From: Betaproteobacteria bacterium
Lineage (GTDB): Bacteria; Pseudomonadota; Gammaproteobacteria; Burkholderiales; SG8-39
Assembly (NCBI GenBank): GCA_022340285.1
Contig: JAJDOG010000034.1
Location: forward strand, 16,552 to 80,551
Direction: 5' to 3'
Length of the DNA: 64,000 bases
Position 1 is the first letter of the stretch. Each line of letters starts with the position of its first letter. The notes below the pieces were generated by a model that was not told the origin of the DNA, ran no database searches, and saw only the letters and a program-made list of their open reading frames with translations. Shown piece after piece: positions 19,227 to 27,821 of this stretch. A program made the translations under genes and the position numbers.

Positions 19227-20432
19227 TCAGTGAACCCGGTGCGCGAGGGCTTCGGGCTGCGCAAAAGCAAGCGTCGGACGCAGGCCTGCCTCCACGCGGA
19301 GGAGTTCGTTCCAGCGCGCCACGCTGCCCGGATCGGCGATCGAGCCGAGCTTGAGCAGGCTGGCGTTCCAGCCTACCGCGAGATGTATCGCAGTGGCGTC
19401 GTCGCCCGCCTCGCCATCGGCAGCCACCGCCGTCTCCCATCCCATGGCGCGGGCGGTTTCGAATGCCGTGAACAGGGCGCTCATCGTTCCCGCCTCCTCC
19501 GGCGTGGCGATGAGGGCGCCGCAGAGACCCTCGGCGGCCGCGTCGGCCACGCGCTCGGCATCGCAGGCGAGGAGCTCGTGCCCACCCAATCTCACCAGGC
19601 TCCCGAACGCGCGCATGAATCGTTGCTGCCCAGCACGGTCCGCGGCGGCGAACGGGTCTTCGAGTATGGCAATCGGGAAGCGCGTGATCCACCCCGCGAG
19701 GAGTTCGCACCATGCATCGCTGTCGCGAGGCTCTCCGCGCGGGCCACGGTAGCGGCCGTCGCGGTACAAGCGCGCCGCGTGCAGCTCGGCGGCGATCGCG
19801 ATTTCCTCGCCCGGCACGAAGCCTGCGCGTTCTATGGCACTGACGAGCAGCTCGAGCCCGCGTTCGTCGTCGGCGAAGGCCGGTATCCCCGCGCGCGTCA
19901 CGGGCGCCAGCTCGACGGTGGCAGCGTGAATCGCTGCGCAGGCGTCAAGGGCTTCCTCGGCACCGTTGGCGCAGGCCGGAATCACCGCAAGTCGGTGCAA
20001 GACCGCCGCGGGATCAGCCGAGACCAGGGTGGCCACGACGGGCAACGGGACCCGCGAGGCCTCCGGCTGGAGGTACCTGAATAGCGGTTCTCCCGCCGCG
20101 TCGGCAGCGGCGCGCAGCGCCGCGATCGAGCAGGCTGCCAGGACGTCCGACCCGACGCGCACGGGCGAATGTGCGTTGAGACTCAGCAGGCTGCTGTCTA
20201 TGTCGTCGAGCGATCGCGCGTCGAGCCCGTGCAGTGTCGGATCGACGACCATCGTGATTTCGCGGATCCCGGTGGCGGCCGATCGTCCCACGGACGAGGC
20301 GATTGCGGGCACCACAGCACGGCCCGACGCACCGCAGTGCAGGTGCACTTCGGCTTCGAGGGCACGGAATCCTCCGGCCGCCAGCGCGCGGCGTCCGCAG
20401 ACGCGGGTGACCGTCGTATCTCTCACGGCCAC
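19227..20432 (-). CDS. Divergent enolase-fold paralogue, probably catalytically inactive (pseudo-enolase)
   Basis: Collinear with canonical enolase from the N-terminus (LEAEVHL) to the C-terminus (LLKLGS...[14 protein letters not shown]). My by-eye alignment against the E. coli/yeast sequences as I recall them replaces the general base Lys, the SHRSGETED His, and both catalytic Glu. Confidence 0.7.
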   Translation of the reverse strand: [401 protein letters not shown]

Positions 20433-20600
20433 GTCAGTCCCCCGACGCTGGCCGCCGTGCCGGCGCGGACTTTTGACGCAACCTGGAAATGCTATCGTTA
20501 CTGTGGCGCATGTTCGAACCGAGTGTGAAGTTCTCGGTCGAGCATGCAGCGAGAAACGGGCCAGAGCCCGCTAGCGCGTGTGAACTGCCTCACGTTGCGC

Positions 20601-20625
20601 GTCGACACCCGTCCAGGGTGTCGAC
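20601..20625. other. Perfect 10-bp stem hairpin GTCGACACCC-GTCCA-GGGTGTCGAC just downstream of the lipoprotein gene
   Basis: Read directly in the sequence. No U-tract on either strand, so it may be a terminator, an RNA-processing element or a protein-binding site. Confidence 0.4.
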
Positions 20626-20642
20626 GCCGCCGACATCTCCGT

Positions 20643-21206
20643 CTATCTCGCGACGGTGCGCAGCATCCCGTATCCGCCCTGGGCGAGGACTAGGGCGTAA
20701 TCGGTCGCGCCCAGGATGATGTTGTCGCCGGGCCGCACGAGCTTCAGGCTCACGAATACGACGCCGTTTCTTCCCCTGGCGTCACTCGCATAGGTTCCTA
20801 CCACCACCGCCTGCGCGCCGTGCTTGGCCGAGATCTCCCGCACTTCGCGCGACAGCATGAGCTCGCCCTCGGGTGTGCGCATGTAGACCGGATCGAGCAT
20901 CTTGAGCTCGGTCACCGCATAGCCCTTCTGTGCAAGCCGCGAGGCCACGTGCTCGGAGATGAGGCGGCCGAGCGTCGAAGAGCGCTCGAGTTGATCGATG
21001 TCCACGACCGTGGCGACCAGCAGCGTGCCGCCGGTCGTGGCGATCTTCGAGCTCGCGACCAAGGCGTCGGTCGCCGCATAGTTTCCGCGGATCAGATTGC
21101 TATCGCCGGCGCCGTAGTAGTACGCGCCCGCCGCGCATGCACTGAGCACCAGTGATGCCGCAACGATCACCACCCCGCGTGCGGTCCGTTCGATCAACCC
21201 TCGCAT
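20643..21206 (-). CDS. Putative lipoprotein (FlgO/LpoB-like fold suspected)
   Basis: Signal peptide plus lipobox LVLSAC. The body (LLVATVVDIDQLERSSTLGRLISEHVASRLAQKGYAV.E, GAQAVVVGTY) resembles FlgO-type or TolB-N-like lipoproteins. Start at the ATG at 21206. Confidence 0.55.
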   Translation of the reverse strand: MRGLIERTARGVVIVAASLVLSACAAGAYYYGAGDSNLIRGNYAATDALVASSKIATTGGTLLVATVVDIDQLERSSTLGRLISEHVASRLAQKGYAVTELKMLDPVYMRTPEGELMLSREVREISAKHGAQAVVVGTYASDARGRNGVVFVSLKLVRPGDNIILGATDYALVLAQGGYGMLRTVAR

Positions 21207-21292
21207 GGTTCCTCCCTTCGCTGATCCGAACCGGCCGCCCGCGGCGGCCGCGTCGCTCACACCCCAATGGTAACTCAGCCCACAACGGTGCT

Positions 21293-22795
21293 TCATGCTT
21301 CCGGACGCATGTGCGGAAACAGGATCACGTCCCGGATGCTGGCCCTGTCGGTGAAAAGCATGACCAGGCGGTCGATGCCGATGCCTTCGCCGGCGGTCGG
21401 GGGCAGGCCGTGCTCGAGCGCACGGACGTAGTCGGCGTCCTTGTACATTGCCTCCTCGTCGCCGGCCGCGCGCGCGCGTACCTGCTCGTCGAAGCGGGCG
21501 GCCTGATCCTCGGGATCATTGAGCTCCGAAAATCCGTTTGCCACCTCGCGCCCGGCGACATAGAGCTCGAACCGGTCCGTGACCTCGGGATTCGAATCGC
21601 TGCGTCGGGCGAGGGGCGAGACCTCGGCGGGATAGTCGACGATGTACGTCGGCTGAATCAGCATCTGCTCGGTCGCCTCCTCGAATAGCTGCAGCTGAAG
21701 TGTTCCCAGCCCCGCACCGCTGGCGGGCTCGGCGCCCGCTTTGCGGATCTCGCGCTCGAGGACGGCGCGATTCTGCAGGTCGGCGTTGGAGAAGTGCGGG
21801 TGGAACGTGCGGACTGCCTCGGTGATGGTCAGACGCTCGAACGGCTTGGCCAGGTCGACCACATGTTCGCCATACGGGAGCTGGAGCGTGCCGAGAACGT
21901 TCTGAGCGACGCTCCGGAGGAGTTCCTCGGTGAAGTCCATGAGGTAGCGATAGTCACGGTACGCTTCGTAGAACTCCATCATCGTAAATTCCGGATTGTG
22001 CTTGGTCGAGATGCCCTCATTCCGGAAGTTCCGGTTGATCTCGAATACCTTCTCGAATCCACCGACCACCAGCCGCTTGAGATACAGCTCCGGTGCGATG
22101 CGCAGGTACAGCTGCATGTCCAGCGCGTTGTGATGCGTGACGAACGGCCGGGCGGCCGCGCCTCCGGGAATCGGCTGCATCATCGGCGTCTCGACCTCGA
22201 GATAGCCTTTCCCGATCATGAACGTGCGGAATTCCTGGATGATCCGACTGCGCAAAATGAAGGTCGCGCGCGTCTCCTCGCTCGTGATGAGATCGACATA
22301 GCGCTGCCGGTATCGGCTCTCCTGATCGGTGAGGCCGTGGAACTTTTCCGGCAACGGCCGCAGCGCCTTGGTGAGCAGTCGGGCCGCCGTGGCGTTCACC
22401 GTCAGCTCTCCCGTGCGCGTCTTGAAGAGCGTTCCCTCGACGCCCAGGATGTCGCCCAGGTCCCAGTGCTTGAACGCTTCGTGGGCCGCCGCACCGGTGA
22501 GATCGTTCGAAACGTACACCTGGATGCGCCCGCCCGCGTCCTGGACCGTGGCGAAGCTCGCTTTGCCCATGACGCGCTTCAGCATCATCCTCCCGGCGAC
22601 CGCCACGTGAATCGCGTGGCCTTCGAGCTCTTCTTTGGTCATCCCGTCGTAGGCGCGGTGCAGATCGCCTGCGAGATGCGTCCGTCGAAAGTCGTTGGGG
22701 AAAGGGTTTCCCTGATCGCGGAGGCCGGCAAGCTTCGCGCGCCGCTCGGCGATGATCTGGTTCTCGTCCTGGGGCGGCTTTTGCTCGTCGGCCAT
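21293..22795 (-). CDS. lysS: Lysine--tRNA ligase (class II)
   Basis: 500 aa. OB anticodon-binding domain and class II motifs ([17 protein letters not shown]). Follows prfB with a 3-nt gap. Confidence 0.96.
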   Translation of the reverse strand: MADEQKPPQDENQIIAERRAKLAGLRDQGNPFPNDFRRTHLAGDLHRAYDGMTKEELEGHAIHVAVAGRMMLKRVMGKASFATVQDAGGRIQVYVSNDLTGAAAHEAFKHWDLGDILGVEGTLFKTRTGELTVNATAARLLTKALRPLPEKFHGLTDQESRYRQRYVDLITSEETRATFILRSRIIQEFRTFMIGKGYLEVETPMMQPIPGGAAARPFVTHHNALDMQLYLRIAPELYLKRLVVGGFEKVFEINRNFRNEGISTKHNPEFTMMEFYEAYRDYRYLMDFTEELLRSVAQNVLGTLQLPYGEHVVDLAKPFERLTITEAVRTFHPHFSNADLQNRAVLEREIRKAGAEPASGAGLGTLQLQLFEEATEQMLIQPTYIVDYPAEVSPLARRSDSNPEVTDRFELYVAGREVANGFSELNDPEDQAARFDEQVRARAAGDEEAMYKDADYVRALEHGLPPTAGEGIGIDRLVMLFTDRASIRDVILFPHMRPEA

Positions 22796-22798
22796 TGC

Positions 22799-23930
22799 TT
22801 ACTCCCGCACCACGGCCGCCGCCGCGCCCACGCCCATCTTCAGGCTGGCAGCAATGAATTCGTCGAGGGCACCGTCCAGGACCGACTGCGTGTTGCCGAC
22901 CTCGACTCCGGTGCGCAGATCCTTGATACGCGACTGGTCCAGCACGTACGAGCGGATCTGGTGGCCCCAGCCGATATCGGTCTTCGCGTCCTCGAGCGCC
23001 TGCTTGGCCTCCATCCGCTTGCGAAGCTCCAGCTCGTATAGCTTGGACTTGAGCATGGCCATCGCCTCCGCCCGGTTGCGATGCTGTGACCGGTCGTTCT
23101 GGCATTGAACGACGGTGTTGGACGGAACGTGGGTGATGCGAACCGCCGAATCGGTCCGGTTGACGTGTTGGCCACCGGCACCCGATGCCCGGTAGGTGTC
23201 GATGCGGAGATCCGCCGGATTGACGTCGATATCGATGGACTCATCCACTTCGGGGTAGACGAAGACGCTCGCGAATGACGTGTGGCGCCGCGCGTTCGAA
23301 TCGAACGGGGACTTGCGAACTAGGCGGTGGACTCCGGTCTCGGTGCGCAGGTGGCCAAAGGCGTACTCGCCGGTGACCTTGATCGATGCGCTCTTGATTC
23401 CCGCGACTTCGCCCTCGGACTCCTCGAGCACGTCCACGCGATAGCCCTTCCGCTCGCAATACCGGATGTACATGCGTAGAAGCATGCTCGCCCAGTCCTG
23501 CGCTTCCGTGCCGCCGGAGCCCGCCTGGATGTCGACGAAGCAGTTGTTGGGGTCCATGGGATCCGCGAACATGCGCTGGAACTCCATGTCCTCCACGATC
23601 GTGCCGATGCGGGCAACGTCGCGCTCGATCGACCCCAGCATGTCGTCATCGTTTTCTGCATCGGCGAGCTCGAACAGCTCGCGCGCGTCGCGCAGGGCAT
23701 TGCCAAGATCGGTCAGGCGCGCCACCACGGCCTCGGCGGCCTTCTTCTCCCTGCCGAGTTCCTGGGCCCGCTTGGAATCGGCCCAGACGTTGGGATCCTC
23801 TAGGGCTTTGGTGACGGCCGCAAGGCGTGCCTGCTTCGCCTCGAAGTCAAAGATACCTCCGCAGCTCGCCCTCTCGCGCGGACAGGTCGGCGAGGGTGTG
23901 CGTGAGGGTATTCAGCCGTTCGGCGTCCAT
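22799..23930 (-). CDS. prfB: Peptide chain release factor 2, expressed through a programmed +1 ribosomal frameshift
   Basis: Frame 0 runs from the ATG at 23930 for 27 codons to an in-frame TGA at 23849-23847. The +1 frame continues (DFEAKQARL...) into the 22799-23728 ORF, which carries SPF and GGQ ([16 protein letters not shown]). Confidence 0.93.
23846..23860 (-). other. RF2 autoregulatory +1 frameshift site GGAGG-TAT-CTT-TGA-C
   Basis: On the minus strand: internal SD-like GGAGG, then TAT, the CTT slippery codon, an in-frame TGA, then C. This is the canonical prfB recoding signal. Confidence 0.9.
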
Positions 23931-24067
23931 TCGCGGGGCCTTGATCGAAAACGCGAAGTATACCGGAGCGGCCTGGCGGAACGGTGGTTCACTCCAGAGA
24001 GCGACGGCTGCGGATACCCGATCGCGCGATCCGCATTATCATCGAGCGATCCTCATTGCAGGTGCTC

Positions 24068-24577
24068 ATGGCCGAAGCTCGAACAATCGCAGACCGTTGC
24101 AGCCGGATCTTCACGCTGATCTTCCTTGCCTGCGTGGCAATCCTCGGATTCGCTCTTTATTTGCAGCACGTGGACCATCTGGACCCGTGCCCCTGGTGCA
24201 TCGTCCAGCGGCTCCTCTTCATCGCCGTCGGGCTCGTCAGCCTCGTCGCGGCGCTGCATCGGGCGGGACCCCTGATCGCAACGTTCTACGCGATGCTCGG
24301 GGCCGCCACCGCGCTCGCTGGCGCGGCGGCGGCCGGTTACCACATCTACCTGCAGGCTGACGAGGCGCGCGCCAATGCGTGTGCCGGATCCACAGTCGAG
24401 CGCTTTCTCGACCGGACCGACGTCGGCAGCTGGATTCCGCCGCTTCTGCAATACGACGGGCCCTGCACGACGGTGGATTGGTCCTTCCTCTGGCTGTCGA
24501 TTCCCGAGTGGTCGTTCATCTGCTTCATCGTGCTCGGTGTCGTCCTTGCGTTCACGCCCAGTCTCGCAGGTCGCTAG
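24068..24577 (+). CDS. dsbB: Disulfide bond formation protein B (DsbB)
   Basis: Four TM helices. First periplasmic loop has CPWC; the second Cys pair is NAC...GPC. Start at the ATG at 24068. Confidence 0.88.
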   Translation: MAEARTIADRCSRIFTLIFLACVAILGFALYLQHVDHLDPCPWCIVQRLLFIAVGLVSLVAALHRAGPLIATFYAMLGAATALAGAAAAGYHIYLQADEARANACAGSTVERFLDRTDVGSWIPPLLQYDGPCTTVDWSFLWLSIPEWSFICFIVLGVVLAFTPSLAGR

Positions 24578-24707
24578 TCTTCCGCGTGCGAGGCGCCGCG
24601 CCGCGAATCGTCAAATTTTGTGAATTGCGGATGAGTTCACACGCGCGGCCGATGTGCGAGCGTCGCGTGTAAACAATTGTCAAATCATGAGCTTTTTTGC
24701 TTGATGG

Positions 24708-24805
24708 TCAGTCTAGGGGCGGCAAGAATTCGGACAGATTGCCTTCTCGACCGATTCGTTCCCGCCCCCCGGGAACAAAGCCGCCTCCGGGCGGCTTTTC
24801 TTTTT
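24708..24805 (+). ncRNA. Candidate structured small RNA or dsbB 3'-UTR element (three hairpins ending in an intrinsic terminator)
   Basis: Hairpins GGCAA/TTGCC (24721-24743), GTTCCCG/CGGGAAC (24758-24776) and GCCGCC/GGCGGC plus a T-tract (24780-24805). The alternative pairing GGGGCGG (24716-24722) with CCGCCCC (24762-24768) is possible. No strong promoter was found, so the 5' end is a guess. Confidence 0.25.
24777..24805 (+). terminator. Rho-independent terminator AAAGCCGCC-TCCG-GGCGGCTTTTCTTTTT
   Basis: 6-bp GC stem (extendable with A:U pairs), a 4-nt loop and a 10-nt T-rich tail. It lies 200 nt after the dsbB stop. Confidence 0.75.
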
Positions 24806-24827
24806 CTGCGGTGGTGAAATTGAGCGC

Positions 24828-25207
24828 GTCACTTCCGCAGACCTTGTAGGTCACAAACAGGAGGGAACCGGCTGGTTCCCTCCTGTTACCCTCCTTCCCG
24901 CTACGAGGGCTTCGCAGATGAGCAGGGTTCTCTCTCTCAGCGAGAGAATGGCTTTCGTACCCCCTTGTGTAGGAGAGGAGCTGCCCAAGGCGACGGAGGG
25001 GTCTGCGTGCGGTCCTGGAACCACCCCGCCCGCTTTGCGGGCACCCCTCCTTGAAAAGGAGGGGAAACACCAACACCCTCGCCGCGACCGTACCGTAGGA
25101 CAACATCGATTGCGCGGTGGTCTCCTCTCAGCGGGAAGGAGGTAACGGGGGAAACCAGGCGGTTTCCCTCTGTTCGTAACGTTCCGCTTTTGTCTTACCG
25201 AAGTCAC
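24828..25207. mobile_element. MITE-like non-autonomous element: long imperfect terminal inverted repeats built from the REP-like unit, flanking a 229-bp structured core
   Basis: 24850-24901 is about 80 percent identical to the reverse complement of 25131-25185. Weaker inverted similarity extends to 24828 and 25207. There is no credible ORF inside. The core has perfect hairpins at 24928-24948, 25029-25041 and 25044-25064. Confidence 0.5.
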
Positions 25208-25213
25208 CTCGAC

Positions 25214-26557
25214 CTATTCTTTCAAGACCGTCTTCTCATAGAGATTCTTGAAAACCCCGTTGGGGTCGTACTTGGCCTTCAGGGCGTCGTAGGCCTGCTT
25301 GTCGTAGATCGACCAGAACTCGTCCTGCGGGAAGTACGAGTCAGAGTAGAGTGACTTCAGTCCGCCGAGCTCCTGCACCTTCCGTTCGATCTGGCGGTTG
25401 AAGTGTCCGGGGGGATGCGGCTCGTCGGGCCGCACCACGTCCCAGAAACCGAAATTGACGAACAGGGTCGCGGGATCGGCCGGAAACAGTGGCCAGTAGG
25501 CCCCCTTGTTCGGCGAGCGAAACGGACAGATCCACAGCGGAAGGATATCGATCTCGCGCAGGAAAAACTCCAGGAACTCGGGAGCGCGCGCGATCGGAAT
25601 ATCCACATCCTGAATGACTGACTCGGGGTGCTTGCCGAGCAGCCGGTCCAGCCGTCGCGTGAGCCCCACTCGAGAGTTCCAGCGCATGACCCGCGTGTAG
25701 AAGATGGAGTTCAGGCGCTCGCGCCCGAGAAGGCGGCGCACGAAGGGGTTCTGCGCATAGAGGTTCTTCGAGCACCAGAACCAGTCCGTATCCCATCGCC
25801 AAATGTAGTCGTGCGTCGAGAGGTAATCCTCTTGGCGCTCCCGTATGGACCGGTAATAGATGTGCTCGAACGTGTAATCGCTCGCATAGGGCGCCGTGTC
25901 GGCGAAGTGTCCGACGGTGATGACCTGTTCCGACGGTCCGAACACCACGCCGTCCACGAAGTCGGCGTCCGATTCGCAGCGCCGCGCCAAGTCGGCGAAA
26001 AAGGCCCCCGCTTCGGCATGCCGGATGTGAGTGAGCCGCACGAAAGCCTTTGCGGGGATTGCCTGCGCCCGGGCGCGCAGCACGTATCCGAGGGTGCCGT
26101 ACGAATTGGGGAAGCCGTAGAAGAGATCCCTGTGCGCGTTGTCGGGACGAGCGATCACCGTCGATCCGTCGCCGAGCAGCACCTCCAGCTCCTTGATGCT
26201 CTCGTGCACCAGGCCGTGCCGGAAAGAGGAGGACTCGATGCCCACTCCCGCGATGGCGCCGCCGATCGTGATCGACTTGAGCTGGGGAACCACGCACGGC
26301 ATGACGCCTTGGGCGAGGGTCGCATCGACCAGCGTCTCGTAGGAGGTCATCCCCTCGACCTCCACCCACCGGTCGACGGCGCTGACCGAGAGCACGTGAT
26401 GAAATTCGCGAACGTTCAGCCGTTGGCGCGGCGCTTCGGCGCGGTCCCGGAATAGATTGGAGGTGTCCTTTTCGAGCCGAAATGGCGCGCCGCCCCGACC
26501 GGCGGCCGCGCCGAGCGCCCGGGCGAGCTGGGCCTTCCGGTCTTCGAAGGTGTCCAT
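25214..26557 (-). CDS. FAD-binding (PCMH/FAD_binding_4) oxidoreductase, DHCR24/DIMINUTO-like reductase
   Basis: The segment VEGMTSYETLVDATLAQGVMPCVVPQLKSITIGGAIAGVGIESSSFRHGL matches the FAD-binding core of delta24-sterol-reductase-like enzymes. Its start is 7 nt after the upstream cfa-like gene's stop. Confidence 0.8.
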   Translation of the reverse strand: MDTFEDRKAQLARALGAAAGRGGAPFRLEKDTSNLFRDRAEAPRQRLNVREFHHVLSVSAVDRWVEVEGMTSYETLVDATLAQGVMPCVVPQLKSITIGGAIAGVGIESSSFRHGLVHESIKELEVLLGDGSTVIARPDNAHRDLFYGFPNSYGTLGYVLRARAQAIPAKAFVRLTHIRHAEAGAFFADLARRCESDADFVDGVVFGPSEQVITVGHFADTAPYASDYTFEHIYYRSIRERQEDYLSTHDYIWRWDTDWFWCSKNLYAQNPFVRRLLGRERLNSIFYTRVMRWNSRVGLTRRLDRLLGKHPESVIQDVDIPIARAPEFLEFFLREIDILPLWICPFRSPNKGAYWPLFPADPATLFVNFGFWDVVRPDEPHPPGHFNRQIERKVQELGGLKSLYSDSYFPQDEFWSIYDKQAYDALKAKYDPNGVFKNLYEKTVLKE

Positions 26558-26564
26558 CGCGTGC

Positions 26565-27821
26565 CTAGGCGGCGCGCTGGACCGGCGCAACGGACTCGCG
26601 ACTGGCGGAGCCGTCGTAAAGGAATGAACGGCTCATCGGGTAGTTCCTGCGATTGATGTTGCCCTTGCTGAACACGATCTGATAGAGATTCGTGTCGCAG
26701 TGTGCCGACCGGAACATCTCCGCGCAACCGTAGAGATAGGTGCGCCAGACACGGCGGAATCGCTCGTCGAACTTCCGGGGATCGAGCGCGTGTATGGTTT
26801 CCCAGTTGCGGTCGAACCGTTCCGCCCAGGCGTCGAGTGTCAGCGCGTAGTGTCGGCGCAGGTTCTCGATGTCCACGACTTCGAGCCCGCACGCCTCCAT
26901 TGCCGTGATCGTCTCGGCGAGACTCGGTATCCACCCTCCGGGGAAGACATGCTTGCGGATGTAGAACTCCGTAGGGCGCATCCCGATGTGCCCGATGAAG
27001 TGCAACATGCCGAGCCCGCCGGGCTTCAGGAAGTCCGCGTGGGCCTTCACGACCTCGTACACGTGGTCGCGGCCTGCGTGCTCGAGGACGCCGATGGACA
27101 CGACCTTGTCGTACTGGCGATCCACTTCCCGGAAATCGGCCTCGCGCACTCCGATTCGGTCCGTCAGATTGCGACGCGCCACTTCCTCGCGAAGCCAGTC
27201 CACCTGCTCGGTCGTGGTGTTGAGCGCGGTGCCGCGAATGCCGTAGCGCTCGACCGCCTGGAACATGAAGCCGCCGAAGCCAGTCCCGATGTCGATCACC
27301 TCGTCGCCGGGCTGCAAGAGGAGCTTGCGGCAGACGTGCTCGATCTTGTTCGACTGCGCTTCCTCGACGGTGCGGGTTCCGTCGTCCCAGTACGCGCACG
27401 TGTACATCCTGAGCGGCAGGTCCAGCCACTGGCTGTAGAAATCCGCGCCCAGGCCATAGTGGTGGCGCGCGTTGATGCGTGCCTGCTCGATCGTCCGGTT
27501 GGAGAACCGGAACTCGTGCCAGCGATTACGGACGCTGACCGAGAACGTCTGGCCGTGCGAAAAACGGCTTTCGAAGGCGACCTTGAATATGCCGGCGAAG
27601 TCGCCGTCGATGTCGATCGACTGGTCGAAGTACGACTCGAGGAGACCGATATGCCCGTTCACGACGGTATTCCATTGCGCGCCGGGCGTCTTGAAGCCCA
27701 TGTCGAAGACGGGGTTGCCGGGCGCGTTTTGATAGCTTGATCCGTCGGCAAACCGCACCCGGAAGGGCGCGGTGGTGCGCGAGCCGAGCGTGGAAATGAC
27801 TTTGCGAAGCAGAGGCGTCAT
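26565..27821 (-). CDS. Cyclopropane-fatty-acyl-phospholipid synthase family SAM-dependent methyltransferase
   Basis: CFA synthase/mycolic acid MTase signatures: HYGLGADFYSQWLD, MYTCAYW, SAM motif VIDIGTGFGGF, YDKVVSIGVLEHAG. Confidence 0.88.
   Translation of the reverse strand: MTPLLRKVISTLGSRTTAPFRVRFADGSSYQNAPGNPVFDMGFKTPGAQWNTVVNGHIGLLESYFDQSIDIDGDFAGIFKVAFESRFSHGQTFSVSVRNRWHEFRFSNRTIEQARINARHHYGLGADFYSQWLDLPLRMYTCAYWDDGTRTVEEAQSNKIEHVCRKLLLQPGDEVIDIGTGFGGFMFQAVERYGIRGTALNTTTEQVDWLREEVARRNLTDRIGVREADFREVDRQYDKVVSIGVLEHAGRDHVYEVVKAHADFLKPGGLGMLHFIGHIGMRPTEFYIRKHVFPGGWIPSLAETITAMEACGLEVVDIENLRRHYALTLDAWAERFDRNWETIHALDPRKFDERFRRVWRTYLYGCAEMFRSAHCDTNLYQIVFSKGNINRRNYPMSRSFLYDGSASRESVAPVQRAA

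Noticed and set aside
24716-24768. Possible tRNA-like gene suggested by the 7-bp GGGGCGG/CCGCCCC acceptor-like pairing
   Set aside because: Only 53 nt separate the outer ends of the pairing, too short for a cloverleaf. There is no T-loop GTTCRANYC or D-loop consensus and no CCA context.
24708-25207. Short ORFs (132 aa, 118 aa and 75 aa) inside the dsbB-downstream gap
   Set aside because: They run through the inverted-repeat arms and hairpins. The NVTNRGKP.GFP peptide recurs at 19.1 kb only because the DNA repeat recurs. There is no start context and no protein-like composition. The region is better explained as a repeat or RNA element.
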